Positions 50,254 through 59,852 are shown, numbered from the stretch's first letter. The stretch is 64,000 nt of DNA from Acidobacteriota bacterium (GCA_011525365.1 WTGQ01000002.1:3745941-3809940), one strand, 5' to 3'. Made by a program: numbers and translations. The notes: generated by a model not told the origin, from the sequence alone.

Positions 50254-50964
50254 TCAGTCGGCGGCGGCGGCCGTCCGCCCGGAGAACCAGAGGGCGACCT
50301 CGGCCAGCGACTTGCGCCGCAGGTCGGGCACCTCGCAGTCCGGCGCGGGATAGCCGACCGGGAACAGGATGAACGGCTTCTCGTTCCGCGGGCGCTCGAG
50401 GATCTCGCTCAGGAATCCCATCGGGCTCGGCGTGTGGGTCAGCGTGGCGAGCCCCATCCGGTGAAGGGCCGCGATGAACAGGCCGCAGGCGATGCCGACG
50501 CTCTCCTTCACGTAGTAGTTCTTCCGTTTCGTTCCGTCCTCGGCCACGCCGTAGAGCTCGGCGAACACGACGACGATCCACGGCACGGTGGTCAGGAACG
50601 GCTTCCGCCAGTCCGTGCCCAGCGGCTTGAGCGCCTCGAGCCACTCGTCCGGCATCCGGCCGCCGAGGTAGCTGTGCTTCTCCTCGGCCTCCGCCGCTTC
50701 GCGGATCCGCGCCTTGACCTCCGGGTCGCTCACGGCGACGAACCGCCACGGCTGGCGGTGCGCCCCCGACGGCGCGGTCGACGCCGCCTCGATCGCCCGT
50801 TCGATCAACCGTCGGGGCACCGGCTCGTCGGTGAAGAACCGGACGCTCCGCCGGCCGTCGAACTCCTCGTAGACCGCGTCGGCCCGGCGCTCCATCTCGG
50901 CCGGCTCCAGGCGCTCCGGCCGGTAGGGAACGAACACCGGGCGTTCAGGGCCGCCGCTACCCAC
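50254..50964 (-). CDS. Nitroreductase-family flavoprotein
   Basis: RRSVRFFTDEPVP...AP.SGAHRQPWRFVAV...ESVGIACGLF nitroreductase fold signature. Confidence 0.75.
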   Translation of the reverse strand: MGSGGPERPVFVPYRPERLEPAEMERRADAVYEEFDGRRSVRFFTDEPVPRRLIERAIEAASTAPSGAHRQPWRFVAVSDPEVKARIREAAEAEEKHSYLGGRMPDEWLEALKPLGTDWRKPFLTTVPWIVVVFAELYGVAEDGTKRKNYYVKESVGIACGLFIAALHRMGLATLTHTPSPMGFLSEILERPRNEKPFILFPVGYPAPDCEVPDLRRKSLAEVALWFSGRTAAAAD

Positions 50965-52045
50965 CCGCGCGCTCGAGCTCGTCCTCGACCACCTCGGCCA
51001 ACTGTTCGTAGGCGACCGCGCCGGCCAGCGGCCGGCCGTTGACGAACAGCGCCGGCGTCCCGTTCACACCGACCTCGATCCCCGCCCGGCGGTCGGCGTG
51101 GACGCGAGAGGCTGTGCCCTCCTGCTCCAGGCAGGCGGTGAACGCCTCCGCGTCGAGGCCGGCCCGCTCCGCCTTGTCCTTCAGGTCGTCCAGGGTCAGG
51201 GTGTCCTGCTCGTCGAACATCAGGTCGTGCAGCTCCCAGAAGACGCCGAGATCCTGGGCGCACACGCCGGCCTCGGCGGCGGCCTGGGCGTTGGGATGGA
51301 TGGCGTGCAGCGGGAAGTGGCGGAACACGAGCCGCACCTGCTCCGGGTACTCCTCCAGGATCCGCTCCAGCGTCGGCAGGACGCTCTTGCAGTACGGGCA
51401 CTCGAAGTCCGACCACTCGACGATCGTGACCGGCGCCGCCGCCGCGCCCCGCACAGGTCCCTCGGCCGGATCCACCTCCAGGCGGTAGGGCTCGAGCAGG
51501 TACTCGATCTCGTGGCCGTCCTCGAGCGCGTCGACGAAGCGCTGCTGCGCCAGGTAGGTCCGCACCTGGGGTTCGAGCTCTTCCCGCTCGCCCCGGATGC
51601 GCCCTTCGTTCTCCACGAAGAAGGCGTCGACGTCCTCGTCCGTGACGCCGGCTTCGAGCCGCTCCATCTCGCCCGACCGCCAGTCCGCGACCTCGAGCCC
51701 CGCGCTCTCCGCACTGGCCTGGACCAGCCGGTCGCGCACGATCCCTTCGAGCGTCCGTTCGAGCAGCCCATGACGCTCCGAGGCGACCTGCAGGTCGCAC
51801 TGGATGCGCTGCTGCTCCAGTTGATCGAGCTGCGCGGCGGCGCGTTCGAGCGCCTCGTCGTAGCCGATGTCCACGCCGTCGAGCCGCGCCGCGATCTGCC
51901 CCCCGCCCGGTTCATCCTCCTGCGCCGCCGCCCCGGATTCCGGCCGCAGCGCAAGGAAACCGATGACCGCCAGCAGGACCGCGTAGAGGGCCAGATGGAG
52001 AGCCCAGGTCGGCCGGCTCCTGTGCTCGGAAGTCTCTGTGTTCAA
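50957..52045 (-). CDS. DsbA-family thiol:disulfide oxidoreductase with N-terminal TM/coiled region
   Basis: TM anchor, long helical linker, thioredoxin fold with the CPYC active site (VEWSDFECPYCKSV). Confidence 0.75.
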   Translation of the reverse strand: MNTETSEHRSRPTWALHLALYAVLLAVIGFLALRPESGAAAQEDEPGGGQIAARLDGVDIGYDEALERAAAQLDQLEQQRIQCDLQVASERHGLLERTLEGIVRDRLVQASAESAGLEVADWRSGEMERLEAGVTDEDVDAFFVENEGRIRGEREELEPQVRTYLAQQRFVDALEDGHEIEYLLEPYRLEVDPAEGPVRGAAAAPVTIVEWSDFECPYCKSVLPTLERILEEYPEQVRLVFRHFPLHAIHPNAQAAAEAGVCAQDLGVFWELHDLMFDEQDTLTLDDLKDKAERAGLDAEAFTACLEQEGTASRVHADRRAGIEVGVNGTPALFVNGRPLAGAVAYEQLAEVVEDELERAGG

Positions 52046-52151
52046 GGTCGCCTCCTCGTGTGGCGGACTCTACCGGGAAACTGTCGGTGCGCCGGCCCTC
52101 TGGCCGGCACAAGCGCGAGCCGCGAAGCGGCGAGCCAGTGCAAGGCGACCG

Positions 52152-53138
52152 TCAGGGAGGTCCCATCAACACGTTGACCGAACTCTCGAACCCCGTCTCC
52201 GGCCGATCCCGTCGCAGACGGCGAGCCGCCAGGCCCTCGATGATCCGGCGGGGCTGAATGTACCGCTCCCGCAGCCGGTGGGCGTCCAGCAGATCCGAGG
52301 CAAGCGCCAGCGCCGCGGCCCGGTCGCTGCGGTCGTCGAGCGCACCGGCCGCCTCGGCTGCGGCGCGGGCTGCCCGGCTCCAGCCCCGCCGGGCTCGGAC
52401 GTCCTCCAGTTCCTTGCCGCCAACGGCTAGCAGTCGGTCAGCGAGACCGGCGACCCAGAGAGCGAACGCATCGTCGCCTGGACGGTTACACCAATGCCGG
52501 ACCAGTTCAGCCGTCTTCTCGTCGTCGGCCGCGCCCCCGTCTCCAGCGCCGAGATAGACGGTCAGCGAGCGGCTGCGCAGGGTCGGCAGGAGTTCCTGGG
52601 CGGACGGTGCAAGGAGCAGGAAGTGGCGGGGCGTCGCGCCGACGGGCTCCTCGAGAGTCTTCAGCAGGACATCTGGAGCCTCGTGATGCAGGGTCTGCGC
52701 TTCGGCCACGACGACCACCTGTCCGCGGGCCTCGTAGGGGGACATCTGGACTGAGTGCACCGCCTCCCTGACGCGCTCTTTCTTGATGTCACGGTCCTTG
52801 GGCTGCCGGTGAAGCACCATGACGTCAGGATGCGCGACTTCAGGCCAGGCGCCCTCCACATACCTCTTCTTGCACTGTCCGCACTTTCCCTTCTTCGGAT
52901 CCGGCGATCCCGCATCGCGCGGTTTCGACGGCGTCAGGCAGCACCCCCGCACGATCCGCCGGCAGTGCTTGCATTCGCCGCACGGCCGCGACTCCGGCTC
53001 CCGCTCGCAGAGCAGCGCCCGAGCGATCTCGAAGGCGAGATCGAGCCGAGCGTCCGGCGTCCCGCCGGAGACGATCACCGACGGATAGAGCCGCCCCTCC
53101 GCCGCGAGCCTCGGCAACTCGTCCGCCGCGCGTTTCAT
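52152..53138 (-). CDS. holB: DNA polymerase III delta' subunit
   Basis: AAA+ clamp-loader N-domain (VIVSGGTPDARLDLAFEIARALLC) with a Cys-rich zinc module; 328 aa. Start overlaps the tmk stop by 4 nt. Confidence 0.75.
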   Translation of the reverse strand: MKRAADELPRLAAEGRLYPSVIVSGGTPDARLDLAFEIARALLCEREPESRPCGECKHCRRIVRGCCLTPSKPRDAGSPDPKKGKCGQCKKRYVEGAWPEVAHPDVMVLHRQPKDRDIKKERVREAVHSVQMSPYEARGQVVVVAEAQTLHHEAPDVLLKTLEEPVGATPRHFLLLAPSAQELLPTLRSRSLTVYLGAGDGGAADDEKTAELVRHWCNRPGDDAFALWVAGLADRLLAVGGKELEDVRARRGWSRAARAAAEAAGALDDRSDRAAALALASDLLDAHRLRERYIQPRRIIEGLAARRLRRDRPETGFESSVNVLMGPP

Positions 53139-53776
53139 GCGCCGGCCGCCTGGCTCAACGGCCGCAGCAGGTCGCCAAGCGCGGCTTCGACCGTCCGCGC
53201 CACGTCGTCGATGGACCCCGTGGCGTCAATCACGCGGAAACGCTCAGGCTCGGCGGCGATTCGCTGCCCGTAAGCCTCGTGGACGCGGCGGTAGAACGCC
53301 AGGCTCTCCCGGTCGATCCGGTCGGCGGCCCCGTCGCGCCGCCGGCGCTGGGCCTCCTCCGGGGACAGCTCGAAGAACAGGGTGCGATCGGGCGACCGGC
53401 AGCCCGTGGCCAGCCGGTCGGCCTCTTCGATCGCCCCTCGCGACACCCCGCGGCCGCCGCCCTGGTAGGCGTACGTCGAGTCGGTGAAGCGGTCGCACAG
53501 GACGACGGCGCCGGCCGCGACCGCCGGTTCGATCACCTCGATCAGGTGCTGCCGCCGGCTCGCGAACACCAGCATCAGCTCCACCACGCCGTCGACCTGG
53601 GCTGCTTCCCGCCGCAGGAACAGCTCCCGCAGGAGATCGGCGAAGGGCGTGCCGCCGGGCTCGCGAGTGACCACGTGAGGGACGCGGCGGCGTTCGAGAT
53701 CCGCCGCCACGCGCTTGAGCTGGGTCGACTTGCCGCTGCCGTCAAGACCCTCGAAGGTGATGAACAGCCCTGCCAT
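53135..53776 (-). CDS. tmk: Thymidylate kinase
   Basis: MAGLFITFEGLDGSGKSTQ P-loop, DRF motif and LID region. Confidence 0.9.
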   Translation of the reverse strand: MAGLFITFEGLDGSGKSTQLKRVAADLERRRVPHVVTREPGGTPFADLLRELFLRREAAQVDGVVELMLVFASRRQHLIEVIEPAVAAGAVVLCDRFTDSTYAYQGGGRGVSRGAIEEADRLATGCRSPDRTLFFELSPEEAQRRRRDGAADRIDRESLAFYRRVHEAYGQRIAAEPERFRVIDATGSIDDVARTVEAALGDLLRPLSQAAGA

Positions 53777-53787
53777 TCCGGGTCATG

Positions 53788-55494
53788 CTAGCGCCGCGCC
53801 GGTGCTCGGGCTCGCCGCTTCGCGGCTCCCGCTCCTTGCCGGCCAGAGGGCCGGCGCACCGACAGTTGATCCGGACTCCGCAGCCGCGGCCACCGGCGTC
53901 GCAACGTCGCCGCATCGAGCCCGAGGCCCGCGGCGACCTGGGCCGCCCGCCGTTCCATGTCTTCAAGGTCGACCGGGTACGCGTTGCAGCGACGCGGGTC
54001 CAGGAGGCCGATCAGGTTCCAGCGCTCGATCGCCGGCCCGACCCACTCGGCCGGCGACCCGTTCCCGCCTTCGGCCGCCGACCGTTCGTCGAGTTCCTGG
54101 AACAGCCTGCAGCGCCCGTCGTCCGCGCCGAGGAACCCCTGCCAGCACCAGCCCTCCGTAGGCGGATCGAGGAGCCGCTGCCGCAGCTCGTCGAAGGAGG
54201 CGGCCGCGAAGTAGACCATCGCCGGCGCGGCGAACCGCTCCATGTCCGGCATGGCTCGATAAGCAGCGACGAGCAGCCGGTCGATGTGGTCCGCCTCGGC
54301 GGCCAGGAGACGCCTGTACCGCTCCAGGGGCCCATCCGCGGGCACACCCTTCCGGCAGAGGTCGGCCACCCGCTCCGCCGCGAGCAGGCTCCAGGCGATG
54401 CCGGTCGAGAACATCGGATCGGCGAAGGCGTAGCTGTGCGGCAGGAGCAGCCAGCCCCGGCCGGCGGCGCGGTCGCGGCGGTAGGCGACAGCCGATCGCG
54501 ACGCCACCGGCCGCAGCGGCGTGCTGTCCGCGAACTGGAGCGCCAGCGACGGGTACCGGTCGAGCAACGAAGCGAACATGGTCCCGGCCTCGTCGACAGG
54601 GTCCCCGGTCAGCAGGAAGCCCGCGCTCATCGATCCGTCGTCGAACCGGAGCTGGTACATCCAGCCCTCCTCCAGCAGGTGGTGCGAGGCGCTCCAGCGC
54701 TCGGGAAACGGCGAGTCCGGCCAGCCCTCGGCGCGCTCGAAGGGCGCCACGCCGGCGAAGTGCGAGTAGACCAGGCCCGTCCGCAACCGCAGCGACGCCT
54801 CCCCCGCGCCCAGGCTGGCCGCCAGCGGCGAGCCGCCCGTCGCGTCGATCAAGAGGCCGGCCTCGACGGTCCGATCGCCGGCCCGGAGCCGGACCGGGCC
54901 GCCGCCCGGGTCGCCGGGAACCGGGATCACCTCGACCGGCGTCTCCTCCCGGCAGTCCACGCCCTCGGCCCGCGCGCGCTCGAACAGGAAGCGATCGACG
55001 TCCGCCCGCAGCCACTGGTTGTCCGCCGCGTCGTCGTCGGGCGACGCGGCGACGACCAGCCGCCGACTGCTCGACGGCCCGGGCGAGAAGGCCTCGCCCG
55101 GTTCGTGCTGGTAGAAGCAGAAGCCCCGCTTGAGTCCCCGGCCCACCTCCGGTAGCCGGCGGCGCCAGCGGCCGTGGGCGGCCAGGTCCCACAGGTCGTC
55201 GAAGCCGTAGCGGACGGCCAGCCGCTCGAGAGCCAGGTTGGCAAGCGGCGTCGACGACTCGCCCAGCGCGAACCGCGGATGGCGGCCCCGCTCCAGCAGC
55301 AGCACGTCGCGGCCTTCGGCGTGAAGCGCCCGCGCCAGAATCGAACCCGCGAAGCCGCCGCCCGCGATCACGACTTCCCGACGCTCTACGTCATCCCCGT
55401 GTCGGTGCGCCGGCCTTCTGGCCGGCACTCGGCGCAAAGCGCCGACCTCCGGAAGCTCAGCCGCAGTCACCACACACCGTCCGCCGCGCCACAC
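53788..55494 (-). CDS. Flavin-dependent halogenase-family (Trp_halogenase-like) FAD oxidoreductase
   Basis: VVIAGGGFAGS dinucleotide-binding motif and GESSTP (GEATIP-like) motif; ~560 aa. The canonical WxWxIP motif is not obvious. Start may be a downstream GTG, since the ORF overlaps the rSAM gene by 38 nt. Confidence 0.65.
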   Translation of the reverse strand: MWRGGRCVVTAAELPEVGALRRVPARRPAHRHGDDVERREVVIAGGGFAGSILARALHAEGRDVLLLERGRHPRFALGESSTPLANLALERLAVRYGFDDLWDLAAHGRWRRRLPEVGRGLKRGFCFYQHEPGEAFSPGPSSSRRLVVAASPDDDAADNQWLRADVDRFLFERARAEGVDCREETPVEVIPVPGDPGGGPVRLRAGDRTVEAGLLIDATGGSPLAASLGAGEASLRLRTGLVYSHFAGVAPFERAEGWPDSPFPERWSASHHLLEEGWMYQLRFDDGSMSAGFLLTGDPVDEAGTMFASLLDRYPSLALQFADSTPLRPVASRSAVAYRRDRAAGRGWLLLPHSYAFADPMFSTGIAWSLLAAERVADLCRKGVPADGPLERYRRLLAAEADHIDRLLVAAYRAMPDMERFAAPAMVYFAAASFDELRQRLLDPPTEGWCWQGFLGADDGRCRLFQELDERSAAEGGNGSPAEWVGPAIERWNLIGLLDPRRCNAYPVDLEDMERRAAQVAAGLGLDAATLRRRWPRLRSPDQLSVRRPSGRQGAGAAKRRARAPARR

Positions 55495-56419
55495 CGGTCC
55501 CGTTCATCTCCCGGATCGCCGCGACGCGGGCATCCCGGCACGACTCGCAACCCGCCGCGACCTGACCGAGATCCCACGGATCGACCTGCACCGCCACGGA
55601 ACCCTCGGCGGCCTGCAGTCCCCCCGCCAGACACTCCTCCAGCAACGCCAGATCCGGCGGCTCGAACTCCCCGAGCCCCCGCAGCCGCTCCAGCTCCCCG
55701 TTGCCGCCGCGCACCGGAATCAGCGCCACCGACCGGGCCCCCGCGCGCGCCGCGTGGCGCACGCTCTGCGAGACCCACTTGGCCTGCTCCGCCGCCGGCA
55801 CGAAGGGCACGCCGACCAGCACGAACACCCGCAAGTCCACGGCGTCCGCGCGCAGGCGCTCCGCGGCCCGGTCGAACTGCTCCAGGGTCAACTGCTTGCC
55901 CAGCCGCGACAGCGCCTCCGGATGCGCCGTCTCCAGACCCATCGCCACCTCCAGCCGGCCCGGCAGCCGACCGGCGAAGCGGCGCACCCGCTCGTCGACG
56001 AGCCGCGGGTGGCACTCGACCACCACCCGCCGGAACCCGCCGGCGAGCCGGGCGATCGGTTCCAGGTCCGCCTCCGGCACCGCGTGCCGGTCGAAGAAGT
56101 TGCTCGCGTTGTACAGCTTGAGCTGGTCGCAGCGATCGAGGCCCGCTTCCCGGAGCAGGGCGGGAAGCTGGTCCAGCGCCGCCGCCAACTGCGCCGGCAA
56201 CGCCCCGGCCGGCGTCGGTCCGTCGATCGTGTACCGCCAGAGGTCGCAGAACACGCAGGTGAAGGGGCACTCCGCGCCGGTCAGGAAGACGGTCGCCGAG
56301 GGAGTGAACTCGCCCCCGGGGCCGCGCTCCAGTTCGACCGTCACTCCCTGTGGCCGCCACGGGTCGTGGACCGGCCTGGGCGGACGGAGCGCCCGAACCG
56401 CGACGTCCCAAGTCGGCAT
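55457..56419 (-). CDS. Radical SAM protein (small, no SPASM domain)
   Basis: CPFTCVFC (CxxxCxxC) 50 aa from the N-terminus, followed by a TIM-barrel-like region (320 aa). ATG at 56419 lies 5 nt after the stop of the AsnB-like gene. Confidence 0.75.
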   Translation of the reverse strand: MPTWDVAVRALRPPRPVHDPWRPQGVTVELERGPGGEFTPSATVFLTGAECPFTCVFCDLWRYTIDGPTPAGALPAQLAAALDQLPALLREAGLDRCDQLKLYNASNFFDRHAVPEADLEPIARLAGGFRRVVVECHPRLVDERVRRFAGRLPGRLEVAMGLETAHPEALSRLGKQLTLEQFDRAAERLRADAVDLRVFVLVGVPFVPAAEQAKWVSQSVRHAARAGARSVALIPVRGGNGELERLRGLGEFEPPDLALLEECLAGGLQAAEGSVAVQVDPWDLGQVAAGCESCRDARVAAIREMNGTGVARRTVCGDCG

Positions 56420-56424
56420 GGTCG

Positions 56425-57825
56425 CTAGGCGTAGAGCGACTGGAAGTGCCGGCGGTACTGCTCCGGGGGCCGCTCGAAGGCGGCCGCGAACACGTCCTCC
56501 GAGGCCGCCCCCTCCTGGAAGCGGCGCTTCGGGAAGACCGGGAAGTCGATGCCGAGCACCCGCTTCATGCCCCTCCGCACGACTTCGCCCTTCAACTCGT
56601 AGAGCGCTTCGTGGGAGCCGCCGACCAGAGTCGCGAAGGGAATTGCCTCGGCCACCGCGATGACGGCCGGCCGGGTGAAGGGGCTGAAGCCCTCGAAGCC
56701 GAGCAGACGGGCCGGCGCGTGGGTGCGGACGGTGGCCCGGCCAAGGCCACCCGAGTAGGTCTGGGAGTGCTTGATCGCGTCGACGCCCCAGCCTTCCTGG
56801 TAGAGCATCGAGTTGTTGACCACGCTGGTGATCGTCAGCTCGCGGTTCTCCTCCAGCGGATAGTCCTTCAGGTTCTCGTCGCCGCCGTCGCCATCGACCA
56901 GCAGTCGCCAGTCGGGGTAGCGCGCCCGGATCCCCCGCAGCAGGGCGAGGCCGACCGCGGCGCACTCGACGTCGAGCGGCTTGTAGTCCTCGATCACCTC
57001 GACCGCCCCCAGGGGATCGACGGCCGCCGCGTCGGCCTCGATCTCCTCGCCCAGCATCTCGAGGTCCATGCGGCGCAGGAACTCCCGCGCCTGCGCGGCG
57101 TCGCCGGCGCCCGCGCCGACCCGCAGGGTGAACGCCTTGAGCCGCGCGGCGCTCCGGCCCGACTCGAGCAGCGCGCGGTTGAGGGCCACCAGCACCGCGC
57201 CGCTGTCGATGCCGCCCGAGAAGCACACCCCGATCGGCTCCCGGGCGCGGTCCGCAGGCAGCGCGGCGAGCCAGCCGCGGAGTTCGAACATCAGCGCCTC
57301 GACGTAGCGCTCCCCGATCAGGTCGGGATCGGGCGGCAGCGTGCCCCGGGGCGGGTCGAAGAAGCGCTCGTGGGTCGGATTCGGATCCGGGCAGCCGACC
57401 AGGCGCAGTGTCGTCGCGTGGTGCGCCGGGACCATCCGCGTGTAGGTCGGATGGAACTGGTCGAGATAGCCCTCGGCGGCGAGGCAGTCCCTGATCTCGT
57501 CGATGCGCTGGGCGACGACCAGCATCGGCCCGGACGACTCCTTGGCCAGGAAGTAGCGCATCGGCCGGTCCAGGCTGCGGGCCATCACCACGTCCACGCC
57601 GCGACGGGCAGCCAGGGCGAACGAACCGTCGATCCCGAGCACCGCCTCGGGCCCGTCGAGCAGGCGGCCTCGCGCCTCGTCCGGAGTCAGCGTCCAGAGG
57701 CGCTGTTCACTGTCGTCGATCAGGTTGAGCACACGGGCGATGGGCTTGTCCACGGTCATTCCCTCCAGGGCCAGCAGCACGGTCCGCGCCGACACGATCC
57801 GACCACGATCGGCGGTGACCTGCAT
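56425..57825 (-). CDS. Asparagine synthetase-like ATP-PPase (beta-lactam synthetase/lasso-cyclase-like; no N-terminal Cys nucleophile)
   Basis: SGGIDS PP-loop (CFSGGIDSGAVL) and an AsnB C-domain. The N-domain is retained (GIDGSFALAARRG...) but begins MQVT, not MCG. Start moved to the ATG at 57825; the upstream ORF part is RG-rich shadow. Confidence 0.75.
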   Translation of the reverse strand: MQVTADRGRIVSARTVLLALEGMTVDKPIARVLNLIDDSEQRLWTLTPDEARGRLLDGPEAVLGIDGSFALAARRGVDVVMARSLDRPMRYFLAKESSGPMLVVAQRIDEIRDCLAAEGYLDQFHPTYTRMVPAHHATTLRLVGCPDPNPTHERFFDPPRGTLPPDPDLIGERYVEALMFELRGWLAALPADRAREPIGVCFSGGIDSGAVLVALNRALLESGRSAARLKAFTLRVGAGAGDAAQAREFLRRMDLEMLGEEIEADAAAVDPLGAVEVIEDYKPLDVECAAVGLALLRGIRARYPDWRLLVDGDGGDENLKDYPLEENRELTITSVVNNSMLYQEGWGVDAIKHSQTYSGGLGRATVRTHAPARLLGFEGFSPFTRPAVIAVAEAIPFATLVGGSHEALYELKGEVVRRGMKRVLGIDFPVFPKRRFQEGAASEDVFAAAFERPPEQYRRHFQSLYA

Positions 57826-57840
57826 GGTACTGTCCCGGCA

Positions 57841-58509
57841 ATGCCCTGGCACAGCGGGAACCGGCTCCGGACGGCGTTCTTCGTCTTGGTCGGTACAGGT
57901 GTCTCGATCACCCACATCGGCTGCCAGGCCGCGCCGGAGGAAGCCGGTCCGACCGTCATCGCCCTTGAAGTGCAGGGGCTCGGACTCGTCGACCTGCCGG
58001 ACGGCTGCACGCGGGTGGAACCCAGCCCCCATGCGCTGGAGCTCGCCTGCGAGCTCATCGAGACGACGGAAACCCCGGCGGGTCCGGTGGGCTCGATCTA
58101 TCTCGAGCTCGGCGAGCCCACCGAAGGGCACATCGAACTCGCGGACGTCTCAGCGATCGACGTCATCAGGGAGGAGCAGCGGCCGCTGTTCGAGGCGCTG
58201 CCCGGAGGCGAGTTCGTGGGCGTCGGCGGCGCGCTCTTCTACGGCCCGTTCGGAGCAGCGCGCTACGCACGCGGAAGATTCCAGGCCGAAGACGGCGCCA
58301 CGCTCCAGCGGATCCGGCTGTTCATGGTTCATCCGATGGAGAACCGGCTCGTCAACCTCGTCTACGACCATCCGCCAGGCGACAACGCGGACACGGCGGC
58401 GCGGGTCAACAACCACCTCCTCGTTCTCCTGGAGCACCTCAGGAGCTGGGAAGACATGCCCGCGGCCGACGAGGACGGCGAAGCGGCCGAGGTTCCCGCG
58501 ACGTACTGA
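57841..58509 (+). CDS. Putative lipoprotein, unknown function
   Basis: Plus-strand frame that the ORF track merged into a long shadow ORF. From the ATG at 57841: MPWHSGNRLRTAFFVLVGTGVSITHIGC... with a hydrophobic leader and Cys. 222 aa with normal composition. Divergent from the AsnB-like gene. Confidence 0.45.
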   Translation: MPWHSGNRLRTAFFVLVGTGVSITHIGCQAAPEEAGPTVIALEVQGLGLVDLPDGCTRVEPSPHALELACELIETTETPAGPVGSIYLELGEPTEGHIELADVSAIDVIREEQRPLFEALPGGEFVGVGGALFYGPFGAARYARGRFQAEDGATLQRIRLFMVHPMENRLVNLVYDHPPGDNADTAARVNNHLLVLLEHLRSWEDMPAADEDGEAAEVPATY

Positions 58510-58608
58510 CGGCCGGCGCACCGGCGGCAGATGCCGTAAACGTGGGCCAGAAGGCCCACGCCACGGCCGGCGCACCGACAATCTCGGCGTCCCCGGAGGC
58601 CGCTGAGC

Positions 58609-59751
58609 GTGTTCCGCGCGCCCTGGCTCGCCGACGAGGACGAGCTGCTCGCACCGGAGCCCGACGAGCCCGAAACGCCGCGGCGTTGGCCGCCGCGCTG
58701 GTTCCGTTCCGGCCGCCGGGTCGGGCCGAAGACCCTGGCCGTCTTCAGCCGCCAGTTGGCGGTCCTGCTGGACGCGGGCCTGCCACTGCTTCAGGGCCTG
58801 GACATCCTGAGCATCCAGGGCCAGCACGCGGGGCTCCGCGCCATCCTGCTGGAGGTCCGCTCCGAGGTCGAAGCGGGGGCCGGCCTCGCCGAAGCGATGA
58901 AGCGCCGCCCCCGGGCCTTCAACGACCTCTACGTGAACCTGGTCGCCGCGGGCGAGGCCAGCGGCGCTCTCCACCCCGTGATGGACCGTCTTGCCACGCA
59001 CATCGAGAAGGTGGCGAAGCTCCGCAACCAGGTCCGCTCCGCCCTCACCTATCCGGCCGCCATTCTCGCCGTCGCCTCCGCGGTCGTGTTCCTCATCCTG
59101 TGGAAGGTAATCCCCGTGTTCCGGCACCTGTTCGCCGACCTCGGCGGCGACCTTCCCTTCCTGACCCGGCTGGTGGTCGGCGTCAGCGAGTTCATCGGCG
59201 CCTACGTGCTCGTTCTGCTGGCGGGCGCCGCCGCGACGGTGTTCGCGGCGAGGCGGCTGCTCCGCACCCGTCAGGGCCGCCAATGGGCCGACCGGCTGGT
59301 GCTGCGGCTGCCGCTGGTCGGCAAGCTGCTGCAGCGGATCGTCGTGGGCCGCGCCTGCCGCACTCTCTCCGTCCTGCTGGCCTCCGGCATACCGATCCTC
59401 GACGCACTGAAGACCACCGCCGGCGCGGCCGGCAACACGGTCGTCTCCGAGGCCCTCGAGACCGTCCGCGGCGAGGTCGAGCAGGGCGGCTCGATCCACG
59501 CCGCGCTGCGCCGGACGAACGTCTTCCCGACGATGCTGTGCCAGATCGTCTACGTCGGCGAGCAGACCGGCAAGCTCAGTCCGATGCTCAACCGCGTCGC
59601 CGACTTCTACGAGGAGGAGGTGGACACCGATGTCGACAGCCTGATGAAGCTGCTCGAGCCGGCGCTCATCACGATCCTCGGCGTCGTCATCGGCGGCATC
59701 GTCATCTCGATGTACCTGCCGATGTACTCCGCGTTGACGCGGATCGGCTAG
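58609..59751 (+). CDS. gspF: Type II secretion / type IV pilus platform protein (GspF/PilC family)
   Basis: Two T2SSF repeats and three TM helices; 380 aa. Confidence 0.85.
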   Translation: MFRAPWLADEDELLAPEPDEPETPRRWPPRWFRSGRRVGPKTLAVFSRQLAVLLDAGLPLLQGLDILSIQGQHAGLRAILLEVRSEVEAGAGLAEAMKRRPRAFNDLYVNLVAAGEASGALHPVMDRLATHIEKVAKLRNQVRSALTYPAAILAVASAVVFLILWKVIPVFRHLFADLGGDLPFLTRLVVGVSEFIGAYVLVLLAGAAATVFAARRLLRTRQGRQWADRLVLRLPLVGKLLQRIVVGRACRTLSVLLASGIPILDALKTTAGAAGNTVVSEALETVRGEVEQGGSIHAALRRTNVFPTMLCQIVYVGEQTGKLSPMLNRVADFYEEEVDTDVDSLMKLLEPALITILGVVIGGIVISMYLPMYSALTRIG

Positions 59752-59852
59752 CGCCCCGAAACGCCTCGCAGGCTCGGTGTTTCGGCCCATCCCGTCCGCA
59801 CGGCGGAGCCCGCGCCCCGAACTTGCTTCGCTGCGTTCCGCGGCGCAGGCTC

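Noticed and set aside
48088-51042. ORFs 48088..49512 (+) and 49828..51042 (+)
   Set aside because: Antisense to trmB/manC and the nitroreductase/DsbA genes; extreme Arg/Pro content.
53785-55192. ORFs 53785..55155 (+) and 53963..55192 (-, alternative frame)
   Set aside because: Shadows of the halogenase-family gene.
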